A stretch of DNA of 57,125 bases, counting the filler, from Basidioascus undulatus (taxonomy: Eukaryota), in assembly GCA_000826855.1 (NCBI GenBank). It is 3 parts of 3 records of this genome, joined end to end, with 100 filler letters (N's around TTAATTAATTAA, not from the genome) between each part and the next. Parts side by side here need not be neighbours in the genome. Positions count along the whole stretch, not along the records: positions 38,153 to 57,125 come from JTLS01000443.1; 2 more parts are not named here. One strand, 5' to 3'. Made by a program: the position numbers and the translations under genes. The notes below the pieces were generated by a model, which saw nothing but the letters and a program-made list of their open reading frames with translations, was not told where the DNA came from and searched no databases. Below are positions 49,289-57,125 of the stretch, one piece after another; position 1 is the stretch's first letter, and every line of letters begins with the position of its first letter.

Positions 49289-51587
49289 TCAGTTGTCCTC
49301 CGCGGCCGCATCGTCCCTGACGAGCTCCTCCGCGCGCTCGATGCACTCCTCCACGGTCCACCGGTGCTTCCTTCGGCCCAATTTGAGGCCCAGGACGTCG
49401 CCCACTTCGTCGCAAGCACGGAGGAGCTCGTCAATATCCTGCTTAGTGTGCGCTGCAGATACGCAGAACCGCGCGCGGCCGGAGATGAGGGGCGTGGCGG
49501 GGTAGGCGACGACGACGACAACGATGGACGCGGCCGAGGGGGAGAGGCGCTTCTGCATGAGGCGGGAGCTGCGCACACGGGGGGGGGTTAGTATTGCGCA
49601 AGTCATGGGAAAGGATGGATGGGACGCACAACATCGGCAGCTTAGCCGGGTTGAAGATGAAGAGCGGGACGATTGGCGAGTCGCGTGCGCCGCTGATGAT
49701 GAAGCCTAGTGCCCTGAGCGCGGAGCTGAGATACCGCGCATTGAACGCGAGTCTCCTCAAGCGGTCGCGTCCCTCGGAGCCATCCAGCAGTTCGCGCGGG
49801 AGGTCCATCCACTTCGGGACGTACCCCGCGGGCACGGGCCCAGGGTGGGCGTGCTCGATCGACGTCTCGGGCGAGGGCTCCCACGCGAGCTGCGTCTCGT
49901 CCGGCTCGCCCTCGGGCAGCGGGGGCGTGACGCCGCAGATGGACGCGAGGGAGGCGATGATCTGCGCGAGGACGGGCGGGGACATCGACTCGGCGTAGCA
50001 CATTGCGTGTGAGCGCTCGCGGATGCGCTGGATCAAAGCGTGCGAGCCCGAGATGTACCCGCCTGCCGCGCCGAAGGACTTGGTCACTGTGCCCATGAGG
50101 ATCTGAGGGTAGGAATGGGTTAGGGTGGGGAGAGGCAGGAGGGGAAGAGGACGGGCGTACATCGACTTCGCGGGGGTTGATGCCAAAGTAGTCGCACACG
50201 CCGCGACCGTGCGGACCGAGCGCGCCGATCGAGTGCGCCTCGTCGACGTAGAGGTAGAACTGCGCGCCCACCCATCAGCGCCTGGTCCTCCTCCCTTAGC
50301 GCGGCGTCAACACACCTTGTACTTCTTTTTGAGCTCCATGATGCTCGGCAGGTCGACGAGCGTGCCCTCCATCGAGTACAGGCCCTCGACGACGACGAGG
50401 ATCTTCTTCCACGGCCGGTGCGTGCGCGGCTGGCCCTGCGAGATCGCCTCGCGCAGGAGCGCCTCGAGCGCGCCCATGTCGTTGTGCTTGTACTGGCGCA
50501 CCGCTGCGCCCGAGAGACGCACGCCGAAGCGGATCGACGAGTGGTTCAGCTCGTCGGAGATGACGAGCGAGCCCTTGGAGACGAGCGCGGGGAGGGTGGT
50601 ACTGGGAGGGAGAGAAGGTTAACGCTTTGGACCGGTGGAGAGGGGTAAGAAGGGGGAGAACACACCTGTTCGTCGCGAACCCCATGCTAGCAACCATCGC
50701 GTCCTCCTGGCCGACGAACCGGGCCACGAGCCGCTCCGCCTGAGTGTGCAAGTCAAGCGTGCCGGCCTCCAACCGCGCCCCGCCAGCCGAGACGCCGTAG
50801 CGCTTGATGCAGTCCTCGACGGCGTCCGCGCAGCCGCCGCGGGCCTGGGCAAAGCCGAGGTAGTTGTAGGACGAGACGTTGAGCGCGCGCGTGTGCGTGC
50901 CGGGGAGGATGTACGTCTGGTTATGGTCGGTCGAGTGCCGGTCGACGGTCAGGATCGTGCGCCCTGGGACGCCCGTCGTCGGGCGCCCGAAGCAGTCGTC
51001 GATGCGGAGCTTGAGCCGGCGGGTGTAGAACGAGTCAAAGTCGGAGAAGAGGGCGGCGACGCCTGGAGAGAACCAAGGGGGATCAGGGCGCCTTCCTACA
51101 ACATCAGGGGAGAGAGCGACACACCGTTCCGCGGCATGAGATGTCTATAGTGCTTCTTGAACATGCGCTTCCCAAAAAAGTCGCGCATGTGCCCGATTAC
51201 GATGAGGAGGACGTAGCTCACATAGGTCGAAATGAGGATGTAGTAGCTGGGCTCCTCGATCTCGCTCGCGAGCTGCTCGCCCGGGCGGTAGCTCGACGTG
51301 TGCCGGTACGCGGCGTTGTGGCATATGCCAAACTCCTTGTCGGCGAGGGTCGCGCCCAGCTGCGGGTGGTTCGCCGACGGCGCCCCGACGGGGGCAGGGG
51401 AGGGGGTAGACGCCCGCTGCTCGCGCTCGGACACGGCGGTGAGGTAAGCGCGCGCGTCCGGCCGGGAGGCGGTCGCCAGAGAGGGCTGCGACGGGCGCGG
51501 GTAGAGAAAGGAGGACGTCTTGGCCGGCGAGGACGAGAGGGAGGACGTCGGCGTCGACGTCTCGCGTCGGGAGCGGAGGGAGGGCAT
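49289..51587 (-). CDS. LCB2: Serine palmitoyltransferase catalytic subunit
   Basis: [12 protein letters not shown]...[87 protein letters not shown]-lysine motif [34 protein letters not shown]. Confidence 0.97.
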
Positions 51588-53685
51588 GGCGTCGGGGCGT
51601 CGGGCGTCGGGACGTCGGCGAGCGCGGCGGCGGGCTTACTCGACGACGACGGCGGCGGCGATGGCGAGCGTGCAGGTGCTGATAGCTAGGGTGAAGGTGG
51701 TAGCAGACCAAGGTACGCAGAGGGCGGGCAGGGAGAAACGAAGGCAGGGGGTCGAGCGTCCCTCGCGCCTGGCTTTGAGCATTAGCCTTGTTTGAGTCGA
51801 GAAGGCCGGGAGCGCGCTCGCTGTCCGGTCAGCAAACACACGGCCGCCTCGGGCGCCGCACGCAAGCTCGCTCAGCGATCGTGGACTCGTTCATGGATTT
51901 ATGGGCTCAAAGTAGCTTGCTCGGCTTCAACAACCGATAAACAATATACAGTCTGATAGCCCAGTGCTAGACTTATGTAGCAGTCTAGTAGTCGCGCTAT
52001 GAGGGTAGCCACGCACTTTCAATTTCGCACAGCCTGCTCGCTTGCGCGATTGCCATCGAGCCACCTGCGTTGATCTGCGTTTGCGCTCATGCTCATGACC
52101 TCCTCCTTCTTAGCTGTTGCTCAGTCTTTGCATCCCAAAGCCATGTATCAAAGTGGATGAGATAGGGAGCAGTTGGAGCAAGTGTCAGCGTGGAAGACTG
52201 CAGAAGACTGTCAGTGCAGACTGTCGCGCTTTAAGGTTTCAGCGTCATATTTTGTTGTTGTTTTGCGCGTTTCCGGTGTTTCCTTTTTTTTGGTCCGTTG
52301 ACTCGCAAGATCGCGTCCGTTCTCAACACAGAGCGAGGGTATATTTCGCCTCCTTCGTATCGTATCCAATATAACGTTTTCCGAAGGAGGTTGAGAAGGC
52401 ACCTCGAGGAATCGGACGGCTCAGGATGCCCTGCGGACGCGTGAATCATTCGTAATGTCCACTTTTGACCTTTTCAACCTCGACACCCTCCGCTTGCTCT
52501 ATCATCCTCCACAGAGACGGTCGTACATTGGTTACGGCAGTAATACTTCCAGTCAGGCGGGCTTGCTCTCGAATGCCTGGCGCTGCTACGTCGCGACGTC
52601 ACTCATCGAGAATCCACCTGAAGACTGCAGAGCACCAGTCGCCCCTGTACAGCAGCATGAACCATGCCCTAAGCCGGACAATATGCGGGTTCCCATATTA
52701 GAAGTTAACAGATAGTGTCCTCCGAACTCGCTGAGTACGGCAGCGGGATCGTTGCCGAGAATTTGGAAGCGGAGTATAGCCGGTTGTTAAGGGGGCGAAC
52801 ACAATCAGGATCGGCGCTCGAGGACGCGTTTCAGCTTCTGCCCGTCAATCATGTGGATGATTGTCGGCTCCTCGAGAATTTAATAACGAGACCAATCCAA
52901 ATCACAGGTTTCTGGCAGAAAACAGTATGAAAACGCAGCGTGTAGTCATGGACTAAACAACGGCGGTTGGTAAGCCGGGGAGGCAGTTGCTTCAACGCTG
53001 AAGGGACGTGATTGTCAGTTTCAGAGAAATTATTTGCATAATAGATAATTATTGCTATATGCAAGAAGAGCAGTGGCCCGCACCAGCGCACCGCAAGAGA
53101 AGTGTAGCTCAGTCGAACTGCCCATTAACAAGGGCGGTCCGAATTTTGTAAAGACTTAAAAATTCATTTACTTTCTCTCTCAATTAGAAGATTGTGTCTT
53201 CAGAGTGATGCGCAATTCGAATGTGCACACTCTCACGGGAGAAGCTGCACGTTGCACCATAACTACCCCGGGCCACTTCTGACATCTGCAGTTTTTTCGC
53301 TGATACCCATCTTTCACAAGGTGAACCACTGGGAAATAAACCTTGCTAGGGCTGAAGACAGTTTCTAGGCGGTGTGTTCGCTGGCGCTGGCCGTGAGTCT
53401 GTCGGCGCCGTTGACTGCGCTCAAGGCAGTGTTCGCAGGAGCAACGGCTGACCCGAGAGACTGGCAGCAAATTCAGCATCTCAATTTAACCAGCCTGTGC
53501 ATCAAGCTTTGATTTTAACTGTCGTCGCCACGTACCCAAGCCCGTCTTGAATCGGTTGATGCTGTCTCTGCGCTTCAGCCGAAGCTCGAAGGATCGATCA
53601 GATTGGCCTTCAGTTTCGGGTTGTCATACACCTTGTTTTCTTCTCTCTACATCACTTCGCTCGATTCTGTCCCTTCTCGAGCTTG

Positions 53686-54714
53686 ATGAAGTCTTCCGAG
53701 ATGGATGCCGAACCCACGCCTAACGGTCAGCCCAGGCTTCCCCTTTACGGGAACTACAAGGCGGAAGACGCCGATCTGCTTCTAATTTCCTCGCACGGGT
53801 ACGGGTTCAAAGTGAGTGTTGTGCACCCACAGCAGCTTGAACCTGAGCTCAATATGGCTGGTCCAGGTCCATAAAAGTATCTGCGCGCTGCGTCCTCGGG
53901 TTTCGACAACATGCTTTCGCTGGAGCAGCCATCTTCGAACCGACTCTCTTCGATCGATCCTCTCGCATCTTTACCTTCCGTCGAACTCGCGGAGGACGCT
54001 TTTCTCATCAATGTTATCTCGATCTTATCCAACCCTCCTTCATCGACGCCGACGAATCGCAGGCCATCCTCGCAGTGTCCGTCTGCAGCGTCGTCAACTG
54101 GTGCCAGCTCGTCCGCGCCGTCGACTAGTACGACATTCCGCGTGCTCGCGAGAACATGTTGGGCACCTCCTTCGCTTGCTCTGGGACGACGACCAGGATT
54201 CGCAAATCGACGTCGAGAACATCTTTGCCTGCGCGGACATCGCAGACTTCCTCGACGTCTGCAAGCTCTCATCGCGCCGGCTGCCGAAGCGCGGATACTA
54301 CCTCCTCATTGCTCGCGTATGGTTCGACTGGCAGGATTCGATGCCCCCAAAGTACCCAACGCGCTCTCTCAGTTCTACGTCGCTCGCTCCACTTTCCTTG
54401 AATCGCTTCATGAAGATTCCGCCACCAGGACCATGGCCTCATACGACTTGAACGACCCGGACGACCACCGTGCCTTTGGAGCTTGGGCAATGGCGAAACA
54501 GAAATTTATATGCGCCGTGCATGACGAGGACACGACGACCAAGACCAAGAAGGGGATCTTAGAGGAGCTAGAGGCCGATCTCCACCGTCAACTGAACCCG
54601 GAGAAGCACAGGTTCAAGTATCTTTGCATCAGGATAGTCAGACTTTGGTGGGCCGAGGTCGTGATCCCAACTGGCCCTGTTGAGTATTCATCATCCTCGA
54701 GCCCCGGCCTCTGA
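53686..54714 (+). pseudogene. BTB/POZ-domain protein, disabled
   Basis: Fungal BTB pattern DADLLLISSHGYGFK|VH(K)KYLRAASSGFDNMLSL...VELAED...LDLIQP...AVD*YDI. Frameshifts at ~53875 and ~54017, TAG at 54126-54128 where the conserved DKY lysine is expected, and further frame changes downstream. Confidence 0.75.
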
Positions 54715-55195
54715 TTTCATTTTAATGCAGTGACCTTTTTCGTGCTGCTCCGCTGTTTGGACTAGTTTGCCGTGGAGTTTTCGCCTTTGAGAAGAACCCT
54801 CAGACATAATACTCTTACTGTGTGGCATTCGGAGGCTCGATGGCACCTCCGCTGGCACCTTCGGTGTTCAACAGAGCTCACCACACAAATATGCACTCGA
54901 GTTCAGTTCGTCTCTAGTCTGTACATTTACGATTGTTTTAGTCAAATCATAGCTGTTCTATCCCAGTATCATAGCAGCAACACCATCTCGCTAGCTTCGT
55001 AATTGCAGCTGCCGGTTGATCCGGCTCTCGTTTCACCTTGCCAGATGGTCTCGTTGCGAGGATTTGCGAAACGCCCAGCATTGCCTCTGCTTGTAAATTT
55101 AATACTTCTACAATACAGCCGCGCAGCACAGATATGTGATCAATAACGGCCGGAGCCTGTCACGTTTTCAACATGACACCCACGGGACAAACTAG

Positions 55196-57100
55196 CTACT
55201 TCGACCTACAGCCATGAGTATGAATTGAAATGAACGCAATTACGCTTTCGTCACAGCACCACCAGATAAACTCCATACTTCGGCTCCCTCGCCGCAGTCC
55301 ACTCAGAAAGCCAGATGTGACGAAGAACCCGCCTCGCAGCACGACCTGCTCGCCCTGCCTCTCAAAGAGCACGTTCAAGGCAAGGCGACCGTCTAGCTCG
55401 TCTAAATCGTCAACGGACGGCTCGAAAATCCCTTCCCACCTCAGACACTCCAAATCCTTCAGCTGCCCGAGCGTAAGCGCAGTCAGCCCCGCCTTGAGCA
55501 CTGGCCGGGCCTCGCGTGCCCGCGCGAGAATACCGGCCGACTGCCAGCCCTTGTGCTTGTCCTCGAGAACCTTTCGTCGGAAATTTCACGGACGAGGTCA
55601 GGTCGTCGCACTCGAGTTGGGTGCGATAGGAAGGCAGTTATGGGACTTGGGGATAGGATGGGACCGGGGGCCGCGTCTGTGCAGATGAATGCGTCGGAGC
55701 GAGGGGAGGGCCGAGGTGAAGGCGGATACAGAAGTCTGGAACGATGTTGGAAATCAGCAGCGTCCCGGAGACTGGATCCGACATTTGTCAAGCCGCTGCC
55801 GCACGTACACTCGAGAGTGGCTCTTCGAGCTCCCAGGCACTGTGCAATTCGAGAACCTCCAATCCTCCGAGGCGCTCTCCAACTCCGCGAAAGAGATCCG
55901 CAGGTGTGGAGGGCTCGCTGATGCCCACACCAAGGCGACACAAAAGATGCGGATTTGGGAGCATGTCGAATATGGCCAGTATCTCTCGATAATCGAAAGC
56001 TTTCGACTCGAAAGAGAGATGCCGGAGCGACGGACAATGGGCGAGAGACAAGAATTGACCAGCGAACGTGATTTGGACCGATTCGAGGTGAGGGTGAGCA
56101 GCGAAGAACGGCTGCAGCCACCGATGGATCGAGCCGCTATCGCAGCGAAGAGTCGGGGCATTTGGACTCGCACAGTATTGGAAGCGTGGGCATGAAGAGC
56201 TTATTTGGAACTGGATCAGCGCCGCGTATGTTAGTGAAACCAGGGTCGGCGGTGCGAGCCTGATCAAGCACGCTAGGTCTCGCACGATGTAGTTTTGAGG
56301 AGAGTAGATGCAGATAGTGAGCTCTTCGAGCCCCTCTCCGTAGTGGGGAAACGAGGCCATCCTTCGCAGCATACGCTGTTGAGATAGAGTGAGCGCAGAG
56401 ATCTTGAGGCCGCAGTGGCGAGCGCGACCGGGACGAGAACCAAATATTTCGCGGCATCGAGATTGCCCTGAGCGCGCAACGCGAGGTGCTGCAAGTTTGG
56501 AAAAGCTCGAATAACTTCTGCAGCGCAGTATTCGACCGAAAAATGCAGTTCGGGAAGAGTAACGTCGTGTTCAAGCGGAATGAGCAAGGTGAGGCGGCTG
56601 GGAGGGGTCAAAGCTTCTCAGTTGCGCCGCTCCTGTACGCGAAGCGGAAGATCGACGGAACACTGACCCGACACAGTGTGAGTACTTCCAGTTCCCCAAA
56701 ACAATGCGCAAGTCCTCGCAGTGGGAATGGTAAAGCAGAAGACGGCGTGTATGAAAATTGCGAAAAAGACGCGACCTGGCGACCTCCGAGGCGGCGCGAC
56801 ACACGAGCGAGAAATTTTTGAGACTCGAAAAGGAGAGGAGCTCAGTGATTGCGAAAAGAAGCTAGGTCGGAAGGTCGAATGCTAAGGGAGACCGCAGGTG
56901 GCATGTTAGCGAAGAGCCGAGAGAAGATCGGTGTGTAGGGAGGAAGCGGGATGAGGGCGAAGAAGCATAGCGCTGCAACTTGCGGATGTGGACTGCTTTG
57001 CACAGTCGCACCTGAGCAGTGTGGTGCAATGTAAAGAGGTAAGAGAATATCAAGGTGTAAAAGTAACGGGGGGCTGGCGCAATGGTAGCGCGTGCGACTC
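55196..57100 (-). pseudogene. F-box / RNI-like leucine-rich-repeat protein, probably disabled
   Basis: F-box halves TLIFSYL and LKNFSLVCRAASEVARSRLFRN; LRR-like units FPNLQHLAL, LRSLYL, LEELTI, PHLESVQI, CPSLRHLSF, GLEVLEL, LKDLECLRW. These lie in different frames without usable introns (e.g. ~56600 and ~56350). The 5' end is uncertain near the window edge. Confidence 0.6.
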
Positions 57101-57125
57101 CAGATCGCAAGGTTATCCGTTCAAG

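Noticed and set aside
52685..52760. Minus-strand peptide SEFGGHYLLTSNMGT resembling the MACPF signature (FGTHY-x6-GG)
   Set aside because: Two key positions mismatch, the reading frame is short, and no other MACPF features are visible.
53100..53147. tRNA-like A-box (TAGCTCAGTCG), short hairpin and B-box-like GGTCCGAAT
   Set aside because: The spacing is too short and there is no acceptor stem or cloverleaf.
1..57125. Prokaryotic-type systems (CRISPR array, operon, defence island) or a biosynthetic gene cluster
   Set aside because: The sequence is spliceosomal-intron-rich fungal DNA. I saw no regularly spaced repeats, transposase/RT ORF or backbone biosynthetic gene.

Overview
Eukaryotic, intron-rich fungal DNA. 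Short (mostly ~50-80 nt) GT-AG introns with GTGCGT/GTACGT/GTGAGT donors, CTGAC/CTAAC branch points, microexons and high GC3 point to a basidiomycete. The window is three contigs joined by two artificial 100-nt spacers (44 N + TTAATTAATTAA + 44 N). By splicing exons by hand I recognise these apparently intact genes: Apq12-like, MPC2, an APC-family amino-acid/polyamine permease, GH71 alpha-1,3-glucanase, SEY1 (cut by gap), PEX2, O-methyltransferase, aldose 1-epimerase, importin-11/Kap120, Pho84-like phosphate transporter (cut by gap), SPO7 (cut by gap), ETF-ubiquinone oxidoreductase, an F-box protein, LCB2 and two small membrane proteins. Four genes look disabled (SDR, secreted alpha/beta-hydrolase, BTB protein, F-box/LRR protein), and there are two small non-autonomous DNA-transposon-like elements. 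No novel multi-gene system can be supported. The most notable oddities are an apparent GA-AG intron in an otherwise intact phosphate transporter, a Pex2 RING with altered zinc ligands, a ~430 bp TIR element, and decay confined to accessory gene families. All family calls come from motif recognition, not database searches. Gene coordinates include introns.
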